Assembly: GCF_029537735.1 (NCBI RefSeq)
Contig: NZ_JARPUQ010000001.1
Coordinates: forward strand, 776,696-840,695
Length of the DNA stretch: 64,000 nt
Direction of reading: 5' to 3'
Source: Robiginitalea aestuariiviva
GTDB lineage: Bacteria > Bacteroidota > Bacteroidia > Flavobacteriales > Flavobacteriaceae
The notes under the pieces were generated by a model. It ran no database searches and was not told where the DNA came from. It saw only the letters and a list, made by a program, of their open reading frames with translations. The first letter of the stretch is position 1; the number at the start of each line of letters is the position of its first letter. The position numbers and the translations under genes are program-made. Of this stretch, positions 49,411-59,077 are shown piece by piece.

Positions 49411-50202
49411 TTAACGTTTGCGAATTTTAATGTTGCGGAACCAGATGGGGCTGGCGTGGTCCTGCAGGGCAATGTAGCCGGATTTGTGGATGCCGTAATC
49501 CGGGCTGGTTTTCCATTTGTCGGAGTTCTTCTGGGCCTCCCAGGCCTCGTCCCAGGGCACGAAGGATAGTACCATTTTCCCGTTCAGCCAGTGCTCTACC
49601 CGCTCTGGGGTAAAGACAATTTTGGAGGAATTCCACTCCCCTACCGGGTGCAGGATTTTCCCCGGGTCCGGGGGGTGCATGGCGTAGTCCGCCCCGGTAG
49701 ATTGCAGGGGCTTTAACTGCTCCGGGTGGTCCGTATAGCCCAGGCTAAGGTTGTATTCGGTGAGGTCGTGGATGTTCTCGTAATTCTCATCGTCTATGAG
49801 CTGGTATTCCGGGGCCACCTGGGGGATGCCGTCATAGCCCTCCTTTACGTGGTAGAAGATGCCGCTGTTGCCGCCCGCGGGCAGCTTCCATTCCAGGTAA
49901 AGCTCAAAGTTGTCGAACTCCTCCGCCCCGTAAAGGATGTCTACCCCGCCGGTGTATTCCTGCTCCAGGCCCAGCTGGGTATCGAAGGCCAGGGTGCTGT
50001 CCTGAATGGTCCAGCCGGGGGGCAAGCTGTCCAGGTTGTAGCCGCGCCACCCCTCCAGGGAGGTGCCATCAAAGAGGTATTGCCATTCGGATTCCACAAC
50101 CTCGGCTGTGTCTTCCGCAGCGGGTTCCATTTCTTTTTTGGGGTCGGTTTTACACGAGAAAATAACGGCCAGAAGGGCCAGGGAAAAGATGGTTTTTTTC
50201 AT
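49411..50202 (-). CDS. DUF1080 (3-keto-disaccharide-hydrolase-like) lipoprotein
   Basis: Lipobox LAVIFSC; ...WQYLFDGTSLEGWRG... typical DUF1080; partners with the Gfo/Idh/MocA gene. Confidence 0.75.
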   Translation of the reverse strand: MKKTIFSLALLAVIFSCKTDPKKEMEPAAEDTAEVVESEWQYLFDGTSLEGWRGYNLDSLPPGWTIQDSTLAFDTQLGLEQEYTGGVDILYGAEEFDNFELYLEWKLPAGGNSGIFYHVKEGYDGIPQVAPEYQLIDDENYENIHDLTEYNLSLGYTDHPEQLKPLQSTGADYAMHPPDPGKILHPVGEWNSSKIVFTPERVEHWLNGKMVLSFVPWDEAWEAQKNSDKWKTSPDYGIHKSGYIALQDHASPIWFRNIKIRKR

Positions 50203-50268
50203 TTGGGTGGTTTGAATGGCTTAAGGTACGAAATCGGAATAAAAATTTTGAGAAGATGTTAAGCTAAC

Positions 50269-50876
50269 CGCCGCTGCGCCGCGGTAGGCTCATTCCTTTC
50301 TGAACGGATATTAGATGCTCTGCGGCTGCACCGCGGTAGGCTCATTCCTTTCTGAATGGATATTATATGCTCCGCGACTGCGTCGCGTCGCCACTTTATG
50401 TTCATTTTCTTTGCTGGCCCAAAGAAAACGAACCAAAAGAAAAGGCCTTTCCGGCGAACTTCTGCCCCTTGAAATCTACGTCAGGCCAGTCGCACGCTGC
50501 GTAAACTACGCGGCTGCGCCGCTCCGACCCAGCTTGCCTTCGGCAGCGACTAACCTTCCTCGATTTCTTACGGTTCAGAACTTATGCCGGCATTGGGATA
50601 AAACCAAGGAATTCTTGGCGCTAACGGAGGCAATGCTTATCCCAAGCCCAAGCCCGTAAATTATAATTCCGCCGCAGGCGGAAAACCCCCGAGGTTCAGC
50701 GTAAGGTATCGGAAGCGTTAAGAAGGCGGGAAGCCTTGGACCGTCTTTAGCTTCCGGTGCCTGGTTTTGCAGTGCAAACTGAAAAAACGCCTAAGCGAGG
50801 GCGCCGTTTTCTTTGCTTCGTTTCTTTTGGGCGAGCAAAAGAAATGAAGAGATAGGGCGAGGCGGCGCAGCCGCCG
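50269..50876 (+). mobile_element. MITE-like intergenic repeat, copy C (internal segment replaced; left sub-repeat duplicated about 2.3 times)
   Basis: Left TIR gctccgcgactgcgtcgcgtcgccactttatgttc..., right TIR ...gagatagggcgaggcggcgcagccgccgagc. Tandem 48-bp unit ccgcggtaggctcattcctttctgaa(c/t)ggatatta(g/t)atgctc.gcg repeated. Confidence 0.75.
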
Positions 50877-50912
50877 AGCCTTTTGCCCCTGCCAGGAAAT
50901 TTAGGCCTCCCC

Positions 50913-52022
50913 CTATTCTTTCAAGACTTGAAGTACTTTGCTCATATCGAGCGCCTCGATGGTACCCCGATGTCCCGACAGGGTTTCCGCTGCGGTAAGC
51001 GCATTCCAAATGGCCTCTTCGGTGGCTTCAATGGCCGCCAGGAACAGGGGAGACATGGCGTCGTTATGCAAGGTTTCCACGGTGGCGGTAATGCCGTTTG
51101 GGGTGTACAGAATGCGGTTCTGGGGGGCGGTGGAAACGGCAATCACATAGTCCCCGCTGCCGTTGCTGGCAATGCCCCCGGTGCGGGCCAGGCCCAGCAT
51201 GCAGCGCTTGGCCAAACGTTTCAGGTTGCGGGCATCCAGGGGGGCATCCGTAAGCACCACCATCATACAGGAGCCGTCCGTGTCGTAGCGGTAGTTGCGG
51301 GGGATGCGGTTCAGGGCAGCCGCCAGGTTTTTTCCATTCAAAGTCAGGACCCCGCCAAAGTTGGCCTGTACCAACACGCCCACCGTGTAGCCGTTGGATT
51401 TCTCCGGCAACACCCGGGAGGCGGTGCCAATCCCCCCCTTAAACCCAAAGGCAATGGTGCCCGTACCGGCCCCTACATTTCCCTCGGCTACCGGACCGGG
51501 GCCGGCTGCGGCAATGGCCTGCAACACATCGGCCTGGGTCAGGTGGCGCCCGCGGATGTCGTTCAGGTAGCCGTCGTTGGTTTCCCCCACCACGGCGTTT
51601 ACCGAGCGCACCTCTTCATTTCCCGGCTGGGTAAGCGTATAGGAAACCAGGGCCTCCACCCCCGTGGCCACACCTAAGGTATTGGTGAGCACAATGGGGG
51701 TTTCCAGGTTCCCCAGTTCCTCTACCTGGGAGTACCCGGCCAGCTTCCCGAAGCCGTTGCCCAGGTAAATGGCCGCCGGCACCTTTTCCTGGAAGAGGTT
51801 GCCGCTGTGCGGCAGGATGGCCGTTACCCCCGTGCGGATGGAATCCCCTTCTACCCGGGTGGTGTGCCCCACGGTTACTCCGGGGACGTCGGTAATGGCG
51901 TTATGGGTGCCCGGGCGCAGCACGCCCAGGGCAATGCCGTAATCCCGCAGGCGGGTCTGGCTGTGGAGGGATGGGGCCATAAGGCAACAAAGCATTAGGG
52001 TGAGGACAACAATGGGCTTCAT
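50913..52022 (-). CDS. DmpA/S58 (P1) family aminopeptidase/esterase
   Basis: Signal peptide; 369 aa; family assigned by overall resemblance to DmpA-type peptidases, no catalytic motif located. Confidence 0.75.
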   Translation of the reverse strand: MKPIVVLTLMLCCLMAPSLHSQTRLRDYGIALGVLRPGTHNAITDVPGVTVGHTTRVEGDSIRTGVTAILPHSGNLFQEKVPAAIYLGNGFGKLAGYSQVEELGNLETPIVLTNTLGVATGVEALVSYTLTQPGNEEVRSVNAVVGETNDGYLNDIRGRHLTQADVLQAIAAAGPGPVAEGNVGAGTGTIAFGFKGGIGTASRVLPEKSNGYTVGVLVQANFGGVLTLNGKNLAAALNRIPRNYRYDTDGSCMMVVLTDAPLDARNLKRLAKRCMLGLARTGGIASNGSGDYVIAVSTAPQNRILYTPNGITATVETLHNDAMSPLFLAAIEATEEAIWNALTAAETLSGHRGTIEALDMSKVLQVLKE

Positions 52023-52120
52023 AGGGGGTAAGGTACTAAATGTTCGGGGTGGGGTGCAAGGGGGTTGCAGGGTGGAGGGGTAGCTTGTCGCCGGGTGGGC
52101 GGGTGGGCTCCCTAAGGCCT

Positions 52121-53527
52121 TCAGCCGCCACTGCCCCAAACCACCGTGTTGATTTCCCCGGCTTCCATGCGGAACTGCACGCGGGTGCCTCCCAGGCTTA
52201 CCGCCACTTCCCGGGGCGTGCCGGAGGTGTTCTGCAGCAGCAGGGCCACCCCGCCGTCCGGGGTGTGGTAGGCCACATTGTTCAGCCCTTCCGGCTGGGT
52301 GGAGCCCATGCGCACCGAGCCTGGGGGGATGAATTTGGAACTCTGGGCCACAATGTAATAGGCCGGGTTGCGCGTTACCACGTCCCCCTGCAGGGTTACC
52401 CCGCCCAAACAGCGGTCACAGCCGCCGCGGTCCGTATGCGGGTCCTGGTTTTCGTCCGCCGCCAGGTTCCATTGCAGCACCACTTTCGCCCAGTTGTTGG
52501 GCGCGCCAATCATCAGGTTTTCGGTATGCCAGGCCACGTTGTCCGCAAAATCCCCCGGGGCCCCGATCCACTGTTCGGTAAAGTAGAGGTGCTTGCTGGG
52601 GTGGCGGGCATGCACCTGGCTTAAGGCGTCTATACTTCCCCCATAGAGGTGAAAGGCCGAGCCGTCTATAAAGGGAGCGGCATCCGGGCGGTCCAGGATG
52701 GAAATGGGATATTCCGGCTTGTCTGCGTTGTGGTCGTAGATCACAATTTTGGTGGTAATCCCGGCGGCCTTAAAAGCCGGCCCCAGGTGGTTGGCGATAA
52801 AATCTGCCTGGGCTTCGGCCGGCATGTACAGGCTGGGGTTGTTGCCCGGGTGCAGGGGTTCGTTCTGCACCGTAATGGCATCGATGCGGATGCCGTGACC
52901 GGCCATCCCCTGCAGGTATTTGACGAAGTATTGGGCGTAGGCGGGGTAGTACTCCGGCAGCAGGCTGCCGCCCCGGGTGTCTTTGTTGTCCTTCATCCAG
53001 GCCGGGGGCGACCAGGGGGAACCCATAAGCGTTATCCCGGGCTGGATCTCCAGGATTTCCTTCAGGGTGGGGATCAGGTACAGGGTATCGTACCCCAAAG
53101 AAAAATGCTCCAGGTTGGGGTCGGTTTCCCCTGCCGGCCTGTCGTTATACGACCAGGGAAATTCATCCAAATCCGAAGCGCCTACACTCAGGCGCAAGTA
53201 GCTGATGCCTATGGCCTCCGGGCGCCTTCCAAACAGCTCTTCCAGCAGGGCCTGGCGGGCCCCGGCCTGCATGCGTTGCAGGTTTAGCGCACTGCCGCCG
53301 GTCAGGGTAAACCCGAAGCCGTCCATGGTCTGGAAGGTTTGGCCCGGATCCAGGGTAATGGACACCGCTGCAGGGTTTTCGGCCGGGGCTGTAACCAGGG
53401 TATCCGGCTGCAGGAGCAGGGCCTGGTCCAGGGTAGTCCGGTAGCGGATGGCGCCATTTTCCTCCGCCTCAGGGGGGTGGCAGGCGGCCAGGGCCAGGAA
53501 CATCAGCGGGAATATTTTGAATTTCAT
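52121..53527 (-). CDS. Glycoside hydrolase family 30 (glucosylceramidase-like) lipoprotein
   Basis: Lipobox LALAAC; GH30 N-terminal MDGFGFTLTGGSA and catalytic-region similarity; 468 aa. Confidence 0.8.
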   Translation of the reverse strand: MKFKIFPLMFLALAACHPPEAEENGAIRYRTTLDQALLLQPDTLVTAPAENPAAVSITLDPGQTFQTMDGFGFTLTGGSALNLQRMQAGARQALLEELFGRRPEAIGISYLRLSVGASDLDEFPWSYNDRPAGETDPNLEHFSLGYDTLYLIPTLKEILEIQPGITLMGSPWSPPAWMKDNKDTRGGSLLPEYYPAYAQYFVKYLQGMAGHGIRIDAITVQNEPLHPGNNPSLYMPAEAQADFIANHLGPAFKAAGITTKIVIYDHNADKPEYPISILDRPDAAPFIDGSAFHLYGGSIDALSQVHARHPSKHLYFTEQWIGAPGDFADNVAWHTENLMIGAPNNWAKVVLQWNLAADENQDPHTDRGGCDRCLGGVTLQGDVVTRNPAYYIVAQSSKFIPPGSVRMGSTQPEGLNNVAYHTPDGGVALLLQNTSGTPREVAVSLGGTRVQFRMEAGEINTVVWGSGG

Positions 53528-53552
53528 TGGGGCGGTCATGTTAGGGTGTGCT

Positions 53553-55139
53553 TTATTCGTCATTGGCCTCAAAGCGCACATCCAGTTGCTGCACTTTGGG
53601 GTCCTTTTCCGGGGTCAGGGTAAAGAAAATGGAGACCTTGCCCTTTTGAGCCGGCAGCTCAAAACGCCCCCGGAGTTGATTTTCGGGTTCCAGGGGGTCT
53701 ATGCCTGCAATTTCCCCGGCCTGTTCCAATACTTCATCGATTTCGGCCCGGCGGGCCTCCCGGGACTGGTCCAGGAAGAAATTTTCGGCCATCAGCCGGG
53801 CTTCCAGCTCCGGGTTGCCGGTGCGGACCCAATCGGCCACTTCGGCCTGCCGCTGCTCCAGGATTTCCGAAACCGGGAGTTTGCGGGGTTGAAGTTCCAG
53901 GGTGTCGAACAAGAGTTTATAAATCTCCCGCAGGGGCCAGGGGGAGGTGTAGGTGAGGTTCCCAAAGGCCATCAGCCCCACCCCGTATTCCGGAAAGAAC
54001 ACATAGTTGCTGCCAAAGCCTGGCAGGGCGCCCCCGTGAGTCACCTGCCGCACCCCGTTGCAGAACGTGGTGCTGCCCAGGCCATAGCCGTAGCCGGAAA
54101 GCACCGGGCAGGGTTCCCCCCGCCAGTCGCGCCCCTGGGCATAGAGTCGGGGGTACCTGGGTTGGTGCATTTCCCGCAGGCTGCTGCGTGATATGGGGCC
54201 GGCATCCTCCCCGGAACGGGGGGGCCAGGCCGAGAGGTGGAAGCTTACATATTTACTGAAATCCTCAATGGTAGTAATAAGCCCGCCCATGGCCCCGTAG
54301 GAGCCGTCGTGCAGCATGGGTTCGGTTTTCCATTGCTCGTCTTCCCACCGGTACCCATGGGCCAGCAGGGCTGCCGGCACGCTGTCGTATTCCCAGCAGG
54401 AATTGCGCATGCCCAAGGGCTCAAAGATGTGCTCCCGGATATACGCCTGGTAGGGCTGGCCCGAGACCCGGGAAACGATTTCGCCCAAAAGGGCGTAACC
54501 GGTATTGCTGTATTCATAGCCAAAGGAGGCGGGGTTGCTAAAGGAGACCCCTCCCTCCATCAGGTCGGTGAGCATCTGCACCGGTTCGTCCAGCTGCCGG
54601 TCGCCCCAGGGGTTGTCTTCCGGGAAGCCGGCCGTCATGGTGAGCAGATTCTGTATGGTGATGGGTGGGGTATCCGAGGTGAGGGTTTCCAGCCCTGCCA
54701 TTTCGGGGATGTATTTCGCCGCCGGGTCGCTTAGGGCAAGTTTGCCCTGGTCCCGCAACCGCACTATGGCCATGGCGGTAAAGCTCTTGGTCATTGAGGC
54801 AATGCGGAAGGCGGAAGCGGGGGTAGCGGCCGCCTCGGTGTCCAGGTTTAACACCCCGGAGGAGGATGCGATCACCAGTTGGTCATCCACCACTACCCCA
54901 TAGGCCATGCCGGGGATGTGTTTCTCCTTTTGGTGGGCTTCCATCAGCTCCTGCAGCTGCCCGGCAATGCCCCGGATCTTTTCGGCCCGGTCATCCGTCT
55001 CAAATTGGGCGGGGCGGTAGGTGGCCGATACGGGATGGGCCAACATTGGGGTTTGAATTTCATTTTGGGGTTCATTTTTGCAGGCGAAGAGGCCCGCAAG
55101 CAGAAGGGCCGGGGCCAGGAGGCGGAAAGGCGTTTTCAT
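53553..55139 (-). CDS. Beta-lactamase-family serine hydrolase lipoprotein with extra C-terminal domain
   Basis: Lipobox LAGLFAC; SxxK ASMTKSF; 528 aa. Confidence 0.8.
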   Translation of the reverse strand: MKTPFRLLAPALLLAGLFACKNEPQNEIQTPMLAHPVSATYRPAQFETDDRAEKIRGIAGQLQELMEAHQKEKHIPGMAYGVVVDDQLVIASSSGVLNLDTEAAATPASAFRIASMTKSFTAMAIVRLRDQGKLALSDPAAKYIPEMAGLETLTSDTPPITIQNLLTMTAGFPEDNPWGDRQLDEPVQMLTDLMEGGVSFSNPASFGYEYSNTGYALLGEIVSRVSGQPYQAYIREHIFEPLGMRNSCWEYDSVPAALLAHGYRWEDEQWKTEPMLHDGSYGAMGGLITTIEDFSKYVSFHLSAWPPRSGEDAGPISRSSLREMHQPRYPRLYAQGRDWRGEPCPVLSGYGYGLGSTTFCNGVRQVTHGGALPGFGSNYVFFPEYGVGLMAFGNLTYTSPWPLREIYKLLFDTLELQPRKLPVSEILEQRQAEVADWVRTGNPELEARLMAENFFLDQSREARRAEIDEVLEQAGEIAGIDPLEPENQLRGRFELPAQKGKVSIFFTLTPEKDPKVQQLDVRFEANDE

Positions 55140-55294
55140 CGGTTCAGGTTTGCTGCTAATAAGGTACGAATTCGCATGAAGAAATAGGGGGTGGGCGCTT
55201 TCAGGAATTGGAGACTGCTGGGAAGTTGCAGGCTTGGACCCGATCTTGTTGCCGGGTGGGCGGGTGGGCCCCCTAAGCGGCACCGCCCCGCGCC

Positions 55295-55639
55295 CTACTT
55301 CCGCTTCACAAACAGCCGCAGGTAAAACAGCCCCAACAACATCAGCCACCCGGCCGGGTATGGCAACAGAAGCACCGCCCAGCCATTGGCCAGGGTGCTC
55401 TTGCCTCCGAACCCACCCAGGGCGGAGAGGAGCCATAGGGCCGCCACCCCAAAACCGATGAGCCCGGCAGCCATTTTGTAGTAGCGCGCATGGGGGTCCT
55501 GGTAGCTGTGGGTTACCCAGGCCAGTACCCCGGCCCCCAGGGCAATGAGCAGGCTGCCTTCCAGGGGGTCCAGGGTGCCCAGCAATACCAGCACCACCCC
55601 GGCAATAAACCCGAGCTGCAATCGCTTTTCCCGCTTCAT
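55295..55639 (-). CDS. Small membrane protein, hypothetical
   Basis: Three hydrophobic helices, 114 aa; weak. Confidence 0.3.
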   Translation of the reverse strand: MKREKRLQLGFIAGVVLVLLGTLDPLEGSLLIALGAGVLAWVTHSYQDPHARYYKMAAGLIGFGVAALWLLSALGGFGGKSTLANGWAVLLLPYPAGWLMLLGLFYLRLFVKRK

Positions 55640-55766
55640 CTTATAAAGGTACGCTTTTGCATGGGCCCGGCAGGCATTCGGCCCCCTTCTTTCCCCCGGA
55701 TATGCCATTTGAAAAGACAAACAATTTGTATCTTCAACAGCTGACTAATTCGAATACCATCCAAAT

Positions 55767-58700
55767 ATGAAAACACTTCTGTTTCGGGCAGGCCTGCTAG
55801 TCCTTGCCCTCTGCCTGCTTCCCCTATCTGCGGAAGCCCAGCGCAGGAACCGTGCCCAGACCAACACCTACCCGGAATCCCTGTACTCGTCCATGGAGTA
55901 CCGCCTGGTAGGGCCCTTCCGCGGCGGGCGTTCCGCTGCAGTTACCGGCGTGCCCGGCCAGCCCAACCTCTTTTACTTTGGCGCCACCGGCGGCGGGGTA
56001 TGGCGCACCCAGAACGGGGGGCGCACCTGGGAGAACATTTCCGACGGCTACTTTGGCGGCAGTATTGGCGCCGTGGAAGTAGCGCCCAGCGACCCCAACG
56101 TGATTTACGTGGGCGGGGGCGAGACCACCGTACGCGGGAATGTCTCCAGCGGGTACGGGGTATGGAAAAGCGAGGATGCCGGGAAGACCTGGACGGCCGC
56201 CGGCCTGGAAAAATCCCGCCACATCCCCCGGCTGCGGGTGCACCCCACGGACCACAACATCGTGTTTGCGGCCGTGCTCGGGAATATCTACAAGCCCACC
56301 CAGGAACGGGGCATCTATAAGAGTACGGACGGGGGCCAGAGCTGGCGCAAGGTCCACTTTGTAAACGACATGGCCGGGGCGGTAGACCTCACCTTCGACC
56401 CCACCAACCCCCGCATCCTCTACGCCAGCACCTGGCGGGTGCAGCGTACCCCCTACAGCCTGAGCAGCGGGGGCGACGGTTCCGCCCTGTGGAAGTCTAC
56501 GGACAGCGGGGAAACCTGGACCGAAATCTCTAAAAATGAAGGCTTCCCGGAAGGCACCCTGGGCATTATCGGGGTAACGGTATCCCCGGCAAACCCCCAG
56601 CGGGTTTGGGCCATTGTGGAAAACAAGGACAAGGGCGGGCTCTACCGCTCCGAAGACGGGGGCAAAACCTGGGCCCAGGTAAACAGCGAGCGCAAACTGC
56701 GCCAGCGTGCCTGGTACTACACCCGGGTGTATGCCGATACCCACGATGAAGATGTAGTCTATGTGTTGAACGTACAGTACCACAAATCTACCGACGGGGG
56801 CAGCTCCTTCAGCACCTTTAACGCCCCCCATGGCGACCACCACGACCTGTGGATTGCCCCGGAAGACCCCCAGCGCATGATTATGGGAGACGACGGGGGC
56901 GCCCAGATCTCCTACGACGGGGGAACCACCTGGAGCACCTACTACAACCAGCCCACGGCCCAGTTCTACCGGGTGACCACGGACAACGCCTTCCCCTACC
57001 GCATCTATGCGGCCCAGCAGGACAACAGTACGGTGCGGATCCGCCACCGCTCGGATGGAGGGGCCATAGACGAGAACGACTGGGAACCCACCGCCGGGGG
57101 GGAATCCGCCCATATTGCGGTAGACCCCGAAAATGACGACATCGTATACGGCGGCAGCTACGGCGGGTACCTGACCCGGGTAAACCACGACACCGGCACC
57201 GAACGCGGTATTAACGTCTGGCCGGACAACCCCATGGGGTACGGGGCCGAAGGGATGAAATACCGCTTCCAGTGGAACTTCCCCATCATCTTCAGCAAAC
57301 ACGACCCCAAGAAGCTCTACACCTTCTCCAACCACGTGCACATGAGCACCAATGAAGGGCAGAGCTGGGAGCTCCTAAGCCCGGACCTGACCCGCAACGA
57401 CCCGGAGAAACTGGTCTCCAGCGGCGGACCCATTACCCAGGACAATACCGGGGTGGAATACTACTGTACCATCTTTGCCGCCAACGAAAGCCCGCTGAAG
57501 GAAGGCCTGCTGTGGGTAGGCAGCGACGATGGCCTGATCCACGTCTCCCGCAACGGGGGCGACACCTGGGAAAATGTAACCCCGGCCAACATGCCGGAGT
57601 GGAACATGATCAACAGCATTGAGCCTTCTGCTTTTGACGAGGGCACCTGCTATGTGGCGGCCACCCGTTACAAACTGGGAGATTTCCAGCCCTACCTGTA
57701 CAAGACTACGGACTACGGGAAAACCTGGCAGCAGATCACCAATGGGATCGACAGCGAGCATTTTACCCGTGTGGTACGGGAAGATCCGAAGCGCAAAGGC
57801 CTGCTCTATGCAGGTACCGAAACAGGCATGTACATCTCTTTTGACGACGGGGCTTCCTGGAATCCCTTCCAGCTGAACCTGCCCATTGTGCCCATCACGG
57901 ACCTGACCATTAAGGATAACAACCTGATTGTGGCCACCCAGGGGCGCAGCCTGTATATCCTGGACGATCTGACCGTGCTCCACCAACTGGACGATGCCAA
58001 GCGCAACGCCGCGGCGGTGCTGTACCAGCCCAAGGACGCCTACCGCACCAAGGGGCGGGCCAGCAGCACCCCCTCCCTCACTGAAGGGCAGAACCACCCG
58101 GCCGGGGTAGTCACGCATTTTTACCTGAAGGCATTCGGGGAAAAGGACAGCGTGGCCCTGACCTATACCACCACTGCCGGCGATACCCTGGCCAGCTTCA
58201 GCACTTTTGCCAAGGAACGGCGGGAAAAACTGGAGGTGAAAAAAGGCGGGAATACCCATGTGTGGGACACCCGCGGGAAAGGGGCCGAACGCCTGCCGGG
58301 CATGATCCTATGGGCGGCGCGTCTCACCGGGCCCAAAGCCGTACCCGGCACCTATCAGGTGCACCTGACGGCCGGGGGCACCACCCAGTCCCAGACCTTT
58401 AACATTGTCCCGGACCCGCGGGCCGAGGTTTCCGTGGCAGACATGCAGCGGCAGCACGACTTTATTACCGAAGTCAATGAAACGGTAGACCGGGCCCACC
58501 AATCCATCAAAAAGATCCGTAAGATCAATGAGCAGCTGGATGCCTTTATGAAGCAATACAAAGGGAATGAAGCCACAGCCGAACTCCTGGAAAAAGCCAA
58601 GGCGATGAAGGAAGGTTTCGGGGATATCGAAAAAGCCCTGTACCAAACCCAGAACCGCAGCAACCAGGACCCGCTGAACTTCCCGATCAAGCTCACCAAC

Positions 58701-58898
58701 AAGCTGGCCCACCTGAACAGCCTGGTTGGCCGGGACGACTTCCCGCCCACGGCCCAGGACCTGGCGGTGAAACAGGAACTCAGCGCGGCCATCCACACCC
58801 AGCTGGAGGCCTTCGACAAGATGGTGGACGAGGAAATAACTGCCTTTAACAAGGCTTTCAACGCCCTGAACCTAAACTACCTCTTTATTGAAGAGTAG
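55767..58898 (+). CDS. Secreted Asp-box/BNR-repeat (sortilin/Vps10-like) beta-propeller protein
   Basis: Signal peptide; at least 8 SxDxGxTW Asp-box repeats (SEDAGKTW, STDGGQSW, STDSGETW, SEDGGKTW, TTDYGKTW...); 1043 aa. Confidence 0.75.
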   Translation: MKTLLFRAGLLVLALCLLPLSAEAQRRNRAQTNTYPESLYSSMEYRLVGPFRGGRSAAVTGVPGQPNLFYFGATGGGVWRTQNGGRTWENISDGYFGGSIGAVEVAPSDPNVIYVGGGETTVRGNVSSGYGVWKSEDAGKTWTAAGLEKSRHIPRLRVHPTDHNIVFAAVLGNIYKPTQERGIYKSTDGGQSWRKVHFVNDMAGAVDLTFDPTNPRILYASTWRVQRTPYSLSSGGDGSALWKSTDSGETWTEISKNEGFPEGTLGIIGVTVSPANPQRVWAIVENKDKGGLYRSEDGGKTWAQVNSERKLRQRAWYYTRVYADTHDEDVVYVLNVQYHKSTDGGSSFSTFNAPHGDHHDLWIAPEDPQRMIMGDDGGAQISYDGGTTWSTYYNQPTAQFYRVTTDNAFPYRIYAAQQDNSTVRIRHRSDGGAIDENDWEPTAGGESAHIAVDPENDDIVYGGSYGGYLTRVNHDTGTERGINVWPDNPMGYGAEGMKYRFQWNFPIIFSKHDPKKLYTFSNHVHMSTNEGQSWELLSPDLTRNDPEKLVSSGGPITQDNTGVEYYCTIFAANESPLKEGLLWVGSDDGLIHVSRNGGDTWENVTPANMPEWNMINSIEPSAFDEGTCYVAATRYKLGDFQPYLYKTTDYGKTWQQITNGIDSEHFTRVVREDPKRKGLLYAGTETGMYISFDDGASWNPFQLNLPIVPITDLTIKDNNLIVATQGRSLYILDDLTVLHQLDDAKRNAAAVLYQPKDAYRTKGRASSTPSLTEGQNHPAGVVTHFYLKAFGEKDSVALTYTTTAGDTLASFSTFAKERREKLEVKKGGNTHVWDTRGKGAERLPGMILWAARLTGPKAVPGTYQVHLTAGGTTQSQTFNIVPDPRAEVSVADMQRQHDFITEVNETVDRAHQSIKKIRKINEQLDAFMKQYKGNEATAELLEKAKAMKEGFGDIEKALYQTQNRSNQDPLNFPIKLTNKLAHLNSLVGRDDFPPTAQDLAVKQELSAAIHTQLEAFDKMVDEEITAFNKAFNALNLNYLFIEE

Positions 58899-58924
58899 TT
58901 TTTTTTTTTTTGAATACACACACA

Positions 58925-58953
58925 AAAACCCCGGCCAGGTGGCCGGGGTTTTT
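58925..58953 (+). terminator. Rho-independent terminator (CCCCGGCC-aggt-GGCCGGGG followed by TTTTT)
   Basis: Perfect 8-bp GC stem followed by a T-run, 27 bp after the stop codon. Confidence 0.55.
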
Positions 58954-59077
58954 AATTGGCAAATACGTGAATTTGAAAATCTGAAAGTGGGATTTGCGGT
59001 CGGCTGAAAATCGTGTTGAGAACTCCCGCAGCACACGTCGATACCCATGCGCTGACGCACATTCACCCGGGGTGACA

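Noticed and set aside
55824-57341. 505-aa minus-strand ORF antisense to the first BNR-repeat gene
   Set aside because: Same reasoning; Gly/Val/Pro-rich artefact.
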